A stretch of 64,000 nt of DNA from an uncultured bacterium (lineage in GTDB: Bacteria; Acidobacteriota; HRBIN11; JAKEFK01): contig CAVZQN010000003.1 of NCBI GenBank assembly GCA_963777505.1, forward strand, positions 256,001-320,000. Direction: 5' to 3'. Made by a program: the position numbers and the translations under genes. A model generated the notes under the pieces. It was not told the DNA's origin and searched no databases. It worked only from the letters and a program-made list of their open reading frames with translations. Below, in pieces: positions 1 to 9,100 of this stretch (the first letter of the stretch is position 1; each line of letters opens with the position of its first letter).

Positions 1-946
1 CAAGGATCTGCATAATCTTTTGCTGTTTTCCTTCACTGGCAAGCTGCCATGCTGAAAATCCAAATTTATCTGTAGCAAAAAGATCGGCGCCTGCTTTGAT
101 CAGGATTCGCGCAATATCTCCGTGACCTTTCAGGGCTGCCCACATTAACGGAGTCCGTTGATGATTATCACGGCCATTCACATCTGCTCCGTAATCCAGC
201 ATCACACGGACCGTATCTTGATAATTCAGAAATGTGGCCATTTTTAAAGGCGTCCAACCTGATTGTGTTTTGATATTGAGATCAGCACCTTTTTCAATAA
301 CGAAGTGCGCGATATCAAGGTAACCTTTAAATAAAGATTCCATGAGGGCAGTTGTTCCGGAATAGCTAACTTTGACGTTTACATCAGCGCCTGATTCAAC
401 AAGAGTTTTGGCGATCTCAGTATGTCCGCCGTTTGCCGCCCAAATGAGAGGTGTCCAGCCCAATTTATCCTGTGTATTCACTTCGGCTTTGTTTTCAATT
501 AACTTTCGTACGATATCCATATGGCCTTGACCAGCTGCCATCATCATGGCTGTTTCTTCGCTGTTATTGCGATCGTCTACTTCAGCTCCTGATGTTATCA
601 AGACAGTCATTGCTTCAATTTGATTCGCGCTTGCAGCCCACATCAATGCGGTCTTTCCTTCAATATTTCGTGCAGTAACAAATGCGCCTGAGTCCAACAA
701 AACTTTTATTGCACCGGTGAAGCCCGATGAAGCAGCTAGCATCAAAGGTGTATTGTTGCTTGCATCACGTTCGTTTACGTTGGCCCCGCTTTTTAGTAAA
801 CCTTCGATCTTGCTTATATTATTTTCTTTAACGGCAGCTGTAAGTTGTCCCGAGGTTTGTTTGGAATTCGATTTATCTGCAAAAGCTGGCGTTAGACTTA
901 AGACTCCACATACTGCAATGACTAGTATGGAAACAGAAGTGCGCAT
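1..946 (-). CDS. Secreted ankyrin-repeat protein (runs off window edge)
   Basis: Not in the ORF track. Hand translation from ATG at 946 (GGAGAGG RBS) gives MRTSVSILVIAVCGVLSLTPAFA (signal-like), then ankyrin motifs such as GANVNERDASNNTPLMLAA and DKFGWTPLIWAANGGH. Confidence 0.85.
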   Translation of the reverse strand, partial: MRTSVSILVIAVCGVLSLTPAFADKSNSKQTSGQLTAAVKENNISKIEGLLKSGANVNERDASNNTPLMLAASSGFTGAIKVLLDSGAFVTARNIEGKTALMWAASANQIEAMTVLITSGAEVDDRNNSEETAMMMAAGQGHMDIVRKLIENKAEVNTQDKLGWTPLIWAANGGHTEIAKTLVESGADVNVKVSYSGTTALMESLFKGYLDIAHFVIEKGADLNIKTQSGWTPLKMATFLNYQDTVRVMLDYGADVNGRDNHQRTPLMWAALKGHGDIARILIKAGADLFATDKFGFSAWQLASEGKQQKIMQIL

Positions 947-1026
947 ACTTTACCTCTCCACATTGATTACTTCGATTATAAATGGTTTTGTTAAGGATAC
1001 AATCCTGTCTATATCCTGTCCGACCC

Positions 1027-2268
1027 TTAGCCCCTCTGCTCCTCCGCTGATGCAATCCTCCGAACTCTCTCAAGCAAAGGAGGATGTGTGTAATTCAAGA
1101 ATACATAGAGAGGATGGGGAGTGAGATTCGAGAGGTTATTTGCATACAGCTTTTTCAGAGCAGAAATCAGATTCCGGGTGTCTTTTGTAGTCTCAACTGC
1201 ATACTGATCTGCTTGATTCTCGTTGTAACGGGAAAGGGCATTAAAAGCAATGGAAAACAGGAAGGAAAGAGGTTCAAACAATAGTCCAAAAAAGACCAAC
1301 CCTGCATAAATAGAGGGATGACCGATATAAAATGCATCGAAAAGTTCTTTTCGATTGATAAATATTGAAAGCAAATAAAACACGAATCCCATATATAAGA
1401 AGCTGAGCAGCATACTGACGACGATGTGCTTTTTCTTGTAGTGACCGACTTCGTGTGCAAAAACAGAAACAATTTCAGGATCGGTACTTCCGGAAACCAG
1501 GGTATCGAACAGCGCAATCCTTCGGTATTTACCAAAGCCTGTAAAAAATGCATTTGATTTTGTAGATCTTTTCGAGCCATCCATCACGAAAATCTCTTTA
1601 AACGGAAATCGAACTTTTTGCGCGTACGCCAAGATTGCATGACGCAAATTACCTTCAGGAAGAGGAGTGTACTTGTTAAACAGACGCAGGATCCAAACAG
1701 GTGCAACGTACTGAAGCGCAAGCGAGAAACCGACAGAAACAAGCCAGCAATAGAGCCATGCGTTGCTGCCCGCACGATCGAAAAACCAGAGAATAACCCA
1801 GAGCAAAGGTGTACCCAGAATGATCGCAAGTACAAAACCTTTTAATCGATCAAGGATGAAAAGAGCAGGATTGGTCTTGTTAAACCCGAAACGTTCTTCA
1901 ATGACAAATGTTGAATACCAATCAAATGGAAGTGATAGAACTGAATTCGCAATTCCAAGTATTCCGATATAAAGAATACCGGTTGGAATCGTAGATAAAC
2001 CAAAACTTCGAACCCAATGATCAAGTGCGTTAAATCCGCCTGAAAACCAGAACCACAGCATGATGATCAGGGAAAAGGTTGCTTTCACTAAACCAAATTT
2101 TGAGCGCACCCGCGTATATTCATTTATCTTCGCGAACTGCTCCGGGGTTGTGACATCAGAAAGTTCGGAAGGCAGCTCCGTTTTTCTTTCAGCACTCCAC
2201 CATTCGAAAAACAACAGAAAATATCTAAGAAATAGGGTGCTTAAAATGATTGCTTGATAGAGTCGCAT
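1027..2268 (-). CDS. M48 family (Ste24-like) membrane zinc metalloprotease
   Basis: HEVGH zinc motif, multiple TM helices, SKRSTKSNAFFTG, ENQAD and THPPL motifs. Start moved to MRLYQ to avoid overlap with the upstream gene. Confidence 0.92.
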   Translation of the reverse strand: MRLYQAIILSTLFLRYFLLFFEWWSAERKTELPSELSDVTTPEQFAKINEYTRVRSKFGLVKATFSLIIMLWFWFSGGFNALDHWVRSFGLSTIPTGILYIGILGIANSVLSLPFDWYSTFVIEERFGFNKTNPALFILDRLKGFVLAIILGTPLLWVILWFFDRAGSNAWLYCWLVSVGFSLALQYVAPVWILRLFNKYTPLPEGNLRHAILAYAQKVRFPFKEIFVMDGSKRSTKSNAFFTGFGKYRRIALFDTLVSGSTDPEIVSVFAHEVGHYKKKHIVVSMLLSFLYMGFVFYLLSIFINRKELFDAFYIGHPSIYAGLVFFGLLFEPLSFLFSIAFNALSRYNENQADQYAVETTKDTRNLISALKKLYANNLSNLTPHPLYVFLNYTHPPLLERVRRIASAEEQRG

Positions 2269-2272
2269 AAGA

Positions 2273-3637
2273 TTATTTAATAATGTATCGCAATAGATTG
2301 AGTCGATTTCCATACGGGGGATACCGCAAAGGAATATCGATTACTGTAGAGGAACGAACTAATCCCTTTTGATGTGAGAATGCATCAAAGCCGAACTTCC
2401 CATGATACGCACCTAAACCGCTTCCTCCAATTCCTCCAAAGGGTAGGTTTGGATTTTGGAATTGAACAAGGCAGTCATTGATGCATCCACTGCCAAACGG
2501 GACACTACTGACGATTTTTTCCTCAACTTTTCTATCGTTAGTGAAAAGATAAAGTGCAAGAGGGTTAGGGCGTTCTCGGATGATATCGATCGCCTCATCA
2601 ATCGATTCATATTTCAACACTGGCAGGATCGGACCGAAAATTTCTTCCGACATAATTTCATCTTGAAGCGAAACATCTCGAATAATTGTTGGAGATATAT
2701 GTTTTGTAGTGCGATCGTGATCTCCGCCAGAAAAGATATTTCCCTTGATTGATTTTACCAGCTTGTCGAAGTGGCGCTCGTTGATGATGCGGCTATAATC
2801 GGAGGACTTTGAAGAATCTGTACCAAAAAGAACTTCGATTTGCTCTTTTAGTTTTCCGAGAAGTCGATCGTACTCGCTGACCGGTGCGAGTACATAGTCA
2901 GGTGCAATACAAGTTTGTCCTGCATTTAAGAATTTCCCCCATGCAACTCGACGCGCAGTCAGTTCAAGATTTGTACCGCGATCCACCAGGCAAGGGCTTT
3001 TTCCGCCGAGTTCCAGAACGACCGGAGTCAGATTGTGTGCTGCACGTTCAGCCACGATCCTTCCGGTTTTCATTCCACCCGTAAAAAAGATGAAATCAAA
3101 TTTCTGCTTCAATAGGGATTCAGCAACTTCAACTCCACCTTCAAATGAAAGAACGTATTCAGGTGGGAATGTTTTTGTAATGATGTCTGTCAGGATCCGG
3201 GATGTTGCTGGAGCAACTTCAGATGGTTTAAGGATTGATGTGTTTCCGGCTGCAATGGATCCAATCAACGGGACCAGGATTAGTTGAAATGGAAAATTCC
3301 AGGGGCCAATAATCAGTGCAGTTCCTCTGGGCTCAGAATGGATATAACTTCGAGAGGGAAGAATTGGAAGTGGTGTTGGGACTTTCCTTGGCTTTGTCCA
3401 GGACCGTACGTTTTTAAGAGCGTGATTAATTTCACCATAGAAGATACCAATTTCCGTTTCGTAACCTTCAAATGGCGACTTTGCAAGATCCTTTTCTAAG
3501 GCGTCAAGAATTTGCTGTTCGTTATCCTTTACCGATTGCTTCAATTTACGCAATTGCTCAATACGAAAATCGACTGAGCGAGTCTTTCCGGAATTAAAAA
3601 ACTCTCGCTGCAGGCGAACCCCTTCGGCTATGTCCAT
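2273..3637 (-). CDS. Aldehyde dehydrogenase (ALDH3/YwdH-like)
   Basis: IGPWNFP, FTGG, LELGGKSP, NAGQTCIAPDY, EEIFGP and PFGGIGGSG motifs. Start chosen at MDIAE. Confidence 0.95.
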   Translation of the reverse strand: MDIAEGVRLQREFFNSGKTRSVDFRIEQLRKLKQSVKDNEQQILDALEKDLAKSPFEGYETEIGIFYGEINHALKNVRSWTKPRKVPTPLPILPSRSYIHSEPRGTALIIGPWNFPFQLILVPLIGSIAAGNTSILKPSEVAPATSRILTDIITKTFPPEYVLSFEGGVEVAESLLKQKFDFIFFTGGMKTGRIVAERAAHNLTPVVLELGGKSPCLVDRGTNLELTARRVAWGKFLNAGQTCIAPDYVLAPVSEYDRLLGKLKEQIEVLFGTDSSKSSDYSRIINERHFDKLVKSIKGNIFSGGDHDRTTKHISPTIIRDVSLQDEIMSEEIFGPILPVLKYESIDEAIDIIRERPNPLALYLFTNDRKVEEKIVSSVPFGSGCINDCLVQFQNPNLPFGGIGGSGLGAYHGKFGFDAFSHQKGLVRSSTVIDIPLRYPPYGNRLNLLRYIIK

Positions 3638-3700
3638 ATGAATACAGTTTATAACGTGGTATCCAGTTAAAAAAGGACCGTCATCTATATAATGATTCAT

Positions 3701-6352
3701 ATGGCATACCGCGTGTTCTTATGTCTTTTATGTTTTTGCGCAATTGCGAAGGCAGAAGAGAATTCTTTAAAAAGCTTAACTTTAGTTTTGCCTCCGGAAC
3801 TCCGGCAGAAACTTGCCTGTAATTCGGAGTCTCAAGAAGCGACAGAACTAAAACCCGCGAAAGAAATATTGACTGAATCAAATGAACCCGCATCGCCAAC
3901 AGTAATTGCGCCATCAAACAATCGCTGTGTTGATGCAACGCCTGTAAGTTTTGGAACGATCGTATCTGAAACATGCGGCGCTTCACGCGATGGTTCATCA
4001 TCCTGCCAGCAGTCATCAAACGCACCCGATATTTGGTATGTATTTACTCCGGAAGAAGACGCAGTGATAGCCATCAACACATTCGGATCCACTTACGATA
4101 CGCTGCTCTCTGTTCATACTGGATGTCCAGGAACATTTGTAAACGAGATTGTTTGCAGTGATGACTGTGGCAGTCCAGACTCTTGCGTAAGTTTCAACGC
4201 GGTTGCTGGAACTTCATACAGGATCCGTGTCGGTGGTTTTCAACATGATGCCGGGCGGACAAAGCTAACGATTTCAAAGCAAGGCTCTTTTGGCGGACGT
4301 ATTACTGATGCCGATACAAATCAAGGCATCGCAGGGACATTGATTCTTGTTTATACAAAAGATGCGGAGTTTGTAAAAACAGTTACTGCAGATACGAATG
4401 GAAATTATGTTGCAGATAGTCTTGCTGAAGGGGAATACATTGCGCGCAGTTTTAATTCGGCAGGTTATGTGGATGAAGTTTATGAGAATGTGGTTTGTGA
4501 AGGATTGAACTGCACTCCTGAAGGAGCAACGTTAATTGAAGTCACAGGAGGCGAGTTTACACGGGTACCTTTTGCTCTTGATCTTGGAGGTGATGTTCGC
4601 GGCATGCTTACTGATTCCACTACGGGAAATCCGATTGAAGATGTGGAAGTTCATATTCATGATCTTTCGAATGTTCACATTTCTCTTGGGTTTACAGATT
4701 CAACAGGTAAATATGACACCATTGATGGTTTGCCTGCAGGCTCATACATTGTTTTCGCTTTTAATAATGATGACTTTGTTGATGAACTTTACGATGACAT
4801 TCCTTGCGTTAATGGAATTTGTTCAACCACTTTGGCGACTGTTGTAAAAGTTTCGCTCGGTGCGGTTATTGATAACATCAACTTTGATCTTGATATTGGC
4901 GGCGAAATTGTTGGCACTATCTTAGATTCAAGCACACAGCTTCCAGTACAAGGCGTTCAGGTATTGATTTTTGATTCCGGCGGTACCCGAATCTCCTCTG
5001 CGTCTTCCAATTCAACAGGTGAATATACTTCTTTTGAAGCCTTACCTTCCGGCAACTATTTTGTGCATACCAACAACTTCAAACATTACATCGATGAATT
5101 ACACGATGGCTCCATTTGTCTTTCAGGTACATGTACGCCCACTTCAGGCACGCCTGTGCCACTGGTCTTGGGATCGGAATCTCAAGTTGACTTCGCTCTG
5201 GATCCTGGCGCTATCATTTCCGGTAAGATCACAGATACTGCTACAAACGGTTCGCTCACGGGAATTTTTGTTGAAATTTATGATGCAAGCGGTAACCGTA
5301 TTGCGCTGGAAGCTCCAGACACCTTAGGGAACTATTCGTCCTTACCCGGACTTCCCGAAGGGATCTATTTCTTAAAGACACTGAACCAAAGAACATATCT
5401 AGACGAACTTTATGACGGTATCCCTTGTGTTGCGAGCGAATGTAATCCTTTGGTAGGCACTCCAGTCTTTGTGAAAAATCAGGACAATGCTGATGGGATT
5501 AACTTCGGATTATCAAAAGGTAGCGTGGTGTCCGGAAGGATTATTGAGTCCGCAAGTGGACTTCCACTTAATAATATTTTTGTTTTGATGTCTGATTCAA
5601 ATCTTGTATTGAATTCCTTTGGCGTTACTGATGCGTGCGGTGAATATAGTTCATTTCATGGAATGCTTTCTAACAAATATCGCGTGAGTACTTTGAACTT
5701 TTCAGGCTTTATCGATGAACTCTATGACGATGTGCTTTGTCTGGCCGGATGTGATTTTTCTAAAGCTACCATAGTTCCACTGGACTTTGGCGAACACGCC
5801 ACCAAGATCAACTTTGATCTGAGCCAGATGTTACTGCGAGATGAATTTCAAAACAGCCAAATGGACTGGATTGTAAAATCAGGAGACTGGACGGAGAAGG
5901 ATGGTTTCCTCAAAGGATCTATCAATGCTTCTACGAATAAAGCTATCGCATCTGTTCCGATTCCGTGGCAACCTTCAGGAGAAACTAGCTGTTCACGTTG
6001 CACGCTTGATACTGCAATCAAGATGGAAGGCGGCGCTGGCGCCAAAGTAGTTGTTCATGCCTGGAAACAAAATTCGTCAAACCGTGTTGAATTATCGATT
6101 CGGGAAGATACAGACAAATGGAAATTGACGCACCTTGTTAATGGCAGAATCGTAATCAGGAAAATCAAAAAGTTTGATGTAAAACCTGATACGTTATATC
6201 GAATAAAGTTGCGATATGACGGTTCAAAATTTCAATTGTGGGTTGATGATACTCTGCTGTTGAATGTTGAATCACCACTTGCACCAGCAGGGTCCGCTGG
6301 CTTCGAAGTTAAAAACACTTCTGCATCGTTTGACTATATTTTGATTTATTGA
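3701..6352 (+). CDS. Large secreted modular protein: PPC-like domain, five carboxypeptidase-regulatory-like repeats, conserved C-terminal domain
   Basis: Signal peptide. DIWY...TFGSTYDTLLSV...YRIRVGG domain. Five ~100-aa repeats G.I.D..T..P.....V.......D.TG.Y....L..G.Y...DELYD..C....C. Confidence 0.8.
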   Translation: MAYRVFLCLLCFCAIAKAEENSLKSLTLVLPPELRQKLACNSESQEATELKPAKEILTESNEPASPTVIAPSNNRCVDATPVSFGTIVSETCGASRDGSSSCQQSSNAPDIWYVFTPEEDAVIAINTFGSTYDTLLSVHTGCPGTFVNEIVCSDDCGSPDSCVSFNAVAGTSYRIRVGGFQHDAGRTKLTISKQGSFGGRITDADTNQGIAGTLILVYTKDAEFVKTVTADTNGNYVADSLAEGEYIARSFNSAGYVDEVYENVVCEGLNCTPEGATLIEVTGGEFTRVPFALDLGGDVRGMLTDSTTGNPIEDVEVHIHDLSNVHISLGFTDSTGKYDTIDGLPAGSYIVFAFNNDDFVDELYDDIPCVNGICSTTLATVVKVSLGAVIDNINFDLDIGGEIVGTILDSSTQLPVQGVQVLIFDSGGTRISSASSNSTGEYTSFEALPSGNYFVHTNNFKHYIDELHDGSICLSGTCTPTSGTPVPLVLGSESQVDFALDPGAIISGKITDTATNGSLTGIFVEIYDASGNRIALEAPDTLGNYSSLPGLPEGIYFLKTLNQRTYLDELYDGIPCVASECNPLVGTPVFVKNQDNADGINFGLSKGSVVSGRIIESASGLPLNNIFVLMSDSNLVLNSFGVTDACGEYSSFHGMLSNKYRVSTLNFSGFIDELYDDVLCLAGCDFSKATIVPLDFGEHATKINFDLSQMLLRDEFQNSQMDWIVKSGDWTEKDGFLKGSINASTNKAIASVPIPWQPSGETSCSRCTLDTAIKMEGGAGAKVVVHAWKQNSSNRVELSIREDTDKWKLTHLVNGRIVIRKIKKFDVKPDTLYRIKLRYDGSKFQLWVDDTLLLNVESPLAPAGSAGFEVKNTSASFDYILIY

Positions 6353-6354
6353 AA

Positions 6355-6660
6355 TTACTCTTCCAGTAATTCAGTCATCTTATCGCGGATTACTGATTCA
6401 ATTTTTCCTTTAAACGCAAGCGCTGCTATCGGAATTTGACCTTGCATATTTACTTCACGGTCTTCAACTTTGACTTTGCCTGAAACATCAAAACCCATTA
6501 CCGTAAAACTGAATGAACCGGAATCGTCTGCCCACGATTCGGATAAATTTTGAACCATATTTCCATACTGTTTCTTGATTTGTTCTGTCATTTTTCTGAG
6601 CCGCTCAATAGCATTTTCTTTCGTGAGATTGTGAGGAACTGACAGTTTTATTGAAGGCAT
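6355..6660 (-). CDS. Polyhydroxyalkanoic-acid-system (PHA_gran_rgn-like) small protein
   Basis: 101 aa with the MPSIKLSVPHNL...W...SF.F..MGF.VSG...FKGKIE pattern typical of this family. GGAG RBS. Confidence 0.7.
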   Translation of the reverse strand: MPSIKLSVPHNLTKENAIERLRKMTEQIKKQYGNMVQNLSESWADDSGSFSFTVMGFDVSGKVKVEDREVNMQGQIPIAALAFKGKIESVIRDKMTELLEE

Positions 6661-6705
6661 TTTTAATCTCCAAATGTGCTCTGTGACTCTGTGTTTAGAT
6701 TAGGA

Positions 6706-6756
6706 GCCGTTCGGTCATATCACAGACCAGTTCATGGTGCCGTATGACCCGTTCGT
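6706..6756 (+). promoter_or_regulatory. LytTR-type triple direct repeat (CCGTTCGG / CAGTTCAT / CCGTTCGT) with 21-bp period
   Basis: GTTC cores begin at 6709, 6730 and 6751. They resemble the AlgR-type CCGTTCGTC box and the two-helical-turn spacing of LytTR sites. Confidence 0.6.
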
Positions 6757-6815
6757 GGCATTCTGTTTACACCTCTCAAAGAGTGTATGTTTTACTGTTG
6801 CTGGAGCAAAAGCAA

Positions 6816-6974
6816 ATGATTCGGTTACACGCAGGAAAATGGATAATCAAGATGCTGCAGATTGGAATGCTGATCGGCCTTTATATCACAACTACATCAG
6901 CGACCTGCCAACTTCTTCACTCGCCTGAAGCTCATTTTGTACGCTTAATCATCCGTATTCTTAGTACCACATAG
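6816..6974 (+). CDS. Putative 52-aa small hydrophobic/secreted protein
   Basis: GGAG RBS at 6803 and ATG at 6816. Sequence MIRLHAGKWIIKMLQIGMLIGLYITTTSATCQ... Upstream LytTR-like repeats and a downstream hairpin flank it. Confidence 0.4.
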   Translation: MIRLHAGKWIIKMLQIGMLIGLYITTTSATCQLLHSPEAHFVRLIIRILSTT

Positions 6975-6989
6975 ACGTTACCACATGAA

Positions 6990-7013
6990 GCAGGGCGGCA
7001 CCCACCGCCCTGC
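6990..7013 (+). terminator. GC-rich hairpin after the small ORF
   Basis: GCAGGGCGG-cacccA-CCGCCCTGC, a perfect 9-bp stem. No clear U-tract. Confidence 0.45.
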
Positions 7014-7089
7014 ATCTCAGCAATAACTCTGCTGGTTCCCTCGCATAGGTCTGCATATAATGAGGGGTTAATATTCTCAGGAGTGAGTC

Positions 7090-8607
7090 ATGCAGGCGCG
7101 CGCGAGCGGCATTCTTCTTCATATAACATCCCTTCCATCAAAATTTGGTATTGGCGATTTGGGGCCTGCTTCGTATCAGTTTGTCGATTTTCTAAAAGCA
7201 TCACACCAACAATATTGGCAAATTCTTCCACTGAACCCGACAGACACATTTGTTGGAAGTTCGCCTTACGCAAGTTACTCTGCGTTTGCAGGCAATCCAT
7301 TGTTAATTAATCCGGAAAAACTCATAGAAGATGGATTGCTTCAAGAAAACGATATAGAAATGAGACCGGAATTTTCTAACGATACAGTTGAGTACAAAAA
7401 AGTAATTACATATAAGACACGAATTCTGCAACTTGCATACGATCGTCACATGCTAACGGGAATATTGCGTCCTGAGTTTGAGGAGTTTCAAAGGGAAAAC
7501 CAATCGTGGCTTGAAGACTTTGCCATGTTTGTTGCACTGAAACAGGAGTTTGAGGAAATCTATTGGGTCGAGTGGGCACCGGAAATTCGGGATCGAAAAG
7601 AAGAGTCCTTGAAATATTGGCGTGAAAAACTTCGCGACAGAACTTTGAGAGCCAAGTTTTTCCAATTTCTTTTCTTTCACCAATGGCATGCACTGAAATC
7701 GTATGCCGGACAAAACGGAATCAAAATCATTGGAGACATTCCAATATATGTAAGTAACGATAGCTCTGATGTTTGGGCCAATCCGCAGTTGTTTAAGCTG
7801 GATAAGGAAAAGAATCCTACTTTTGTTTCAGGGGCACCTCCTGATTATTTCAGTGAAACGGGACAACGCTGGGGAAGTCCTGTGTATCTTTGGAACATTT
7901 TAAAGAAAACTGGTTTTTCCTGGTGGATTAGAAGGATTGCTCAAAATCTAAAATTGTTTGACATAGTTCGGTTGGATCATTTTCGTGGGTTTGTTGCGTA
8001 TTGGGAAATTCCGGTCGAAGAAGAAACGGCTGTCAATGGCAAATGGGTTGACGCACCCGCTTATGAATTTTTTGAAACAATCCTGAAACAATTTCCTGAT
8101 GCGAACATTATTGCTGAGGATCTTGGATTAATTACGCCGGATGTCCGTGAAGTAATCAATCATTTCAAATTTCCTTCAATGAAAATCCTTCAATTTGCTT
8201 TTGGTGACGATATGCCAACCAATCCATATATTCCTCATAACTACGAACGGAATTGCCTGGCATATACAGGGACGCACGATAACAACACAACCCAGGGATG
8301 GTACCGAAACGAAACAGATGGAGCTATCCGCAAACGGCTTGCAGAATATCTGGGACATCCAATAAAACCGGAGCTTATACACTGGGAAATGATCCGGTTG
8401 GCATTTGGGTCAGCAGCAGTATTAGCCGTTATTCCAATGCAAGATGTTCTTGGATTAGGTGAAGAAGCTCGCATGAACTTCCCTCAGAAAACCGACGGAA
8501 ACTGGCTCTGGAGGCTGAAGCCTGATCAAGTGACGCAGGAAATCATCGATCGGCTCGGCTATATAACATGGTTTTACAATCGGGTTTCTAAAGATGCTGA
8601 GAATTGA
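7090..8607 (+). CDS. malQ: 4-alpha-glucanotransferase (amylomaltase, GH77)
   Basis: SGILLHITSLP, WQILPL, GDIPIYV, RLDHFRGF, IAEDLG and YTGTHDN motifs. Confidence 0.96.
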   Translation: MQARASGILLHITSLPSKFGIGDLGPASYQFVDFLKASHQQYWQILPLNPTDTFVGSSPYASYSAFAGNPLLINPEKLIEDGLLQENDIEMRPEFSNDTVEYKKVITYKTRILQLAYDRHMLTGILRPEFEEFQRENQSWLEDFAMFVALKQEFEEIYWVEWAPEIRDRKEESLKYWREKLRDRTLRAKFFQFLFFHQWHALKSYAGQNGIKIIGDIPIYVSNDSSDVWANPQLFKLDKEKNPTFVSGAPPDYFSETGQRWGSPVYLWNILKKTGFSWWIRRIAQNLKLFDIVRLDHFRGFVAYWEIPVEEETAVNGKWVDAPAYEFFETILKQFPDANIIAEDLGLITPDVREVINHFKFPSMKILQFAFGDDMPTNPYIPHNYERNCLAYTGTHDNNTTQGWYRNETDGAIRKRLAEYLGHPIKPELIHWEMIRLAFGSAAVLAVIPMQDVLGLGEEARMNFPQKTDGNWLWRLKPDQVTQEIIDRLGYITWFYNRVSKDAEN

Positions 8608-8623
8608 ATATTAGGATTCTTCC

Positions 8624-9100
8624 ATGAAACGGATCATTGGTGGCAGCGCATTAATTTTTACAGGCCTTTTCATGATGATGGGATTTTTTGCAAGTGATAA
8701 ACCAAGTTCCATTCCTGTGAGTGTAATCATGCTGCTTCTTTTTGTATTAGCTCCAATCATTGGGGGCATCTTTACAATACGGAGTCACTATTTATTAAAA
8801 CAGAAAGCATCAAAAGAACAGAAGAAGGCTCTCCAGGGGATTCACGAAAAGGAAATTATTTTACTGGCAAAGCAAAAGGGAGGAACCCTAACAATACCGG
8901 AAATCATTTCAGAGTCTTCCTTGAACTCTGAAGAAGCAGAAGAAGCGATGAAAGAACTTGTTGTAAAACGATATGCAGATATGAGGATGACCGAAACTGG
9001 CATCATAGTTTATGAATTTTATGAAATTCTCAAACAAAAAGAAGAGCAGAATGAACTTCTGAATCAAAGAGCTTCAAGAATTGATCCATTAAAAGAATGA
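8624..9100 (+). CDS. Hypothetical membrane protein (2 TM plus winged-helix-like C-terminus)
   Basis: Two hydrophobic helices followed by EIILLAKQKGGTLT...EAEEAMKELV...GIIVYEF. Confidence 0.7.
   Translation: MKRIIGGSALIFTGLFMMMGFFASDKPSSIPVSVIMLLLFVLAPIIGGIFTIRSHYLLKQKASKEQKKALQGIHEKEIILLAKQKGGTLTIPEIISESSLNSEEAEEAMKELVVKRYADMRMTETGIIVYEFYEILKQKEEQNELLNQRASRIDPLKE

Noticed and set aside
451-1124. Plus-strand ORFs 451..678 and 717..1124
   Set aside because: They are antisense shadows of the ankyrin gene.
6800-6930. AKANDSV as a tmRNA tag frame
   Set aside because: No ALAA-like ending and no tRNA-like termini.
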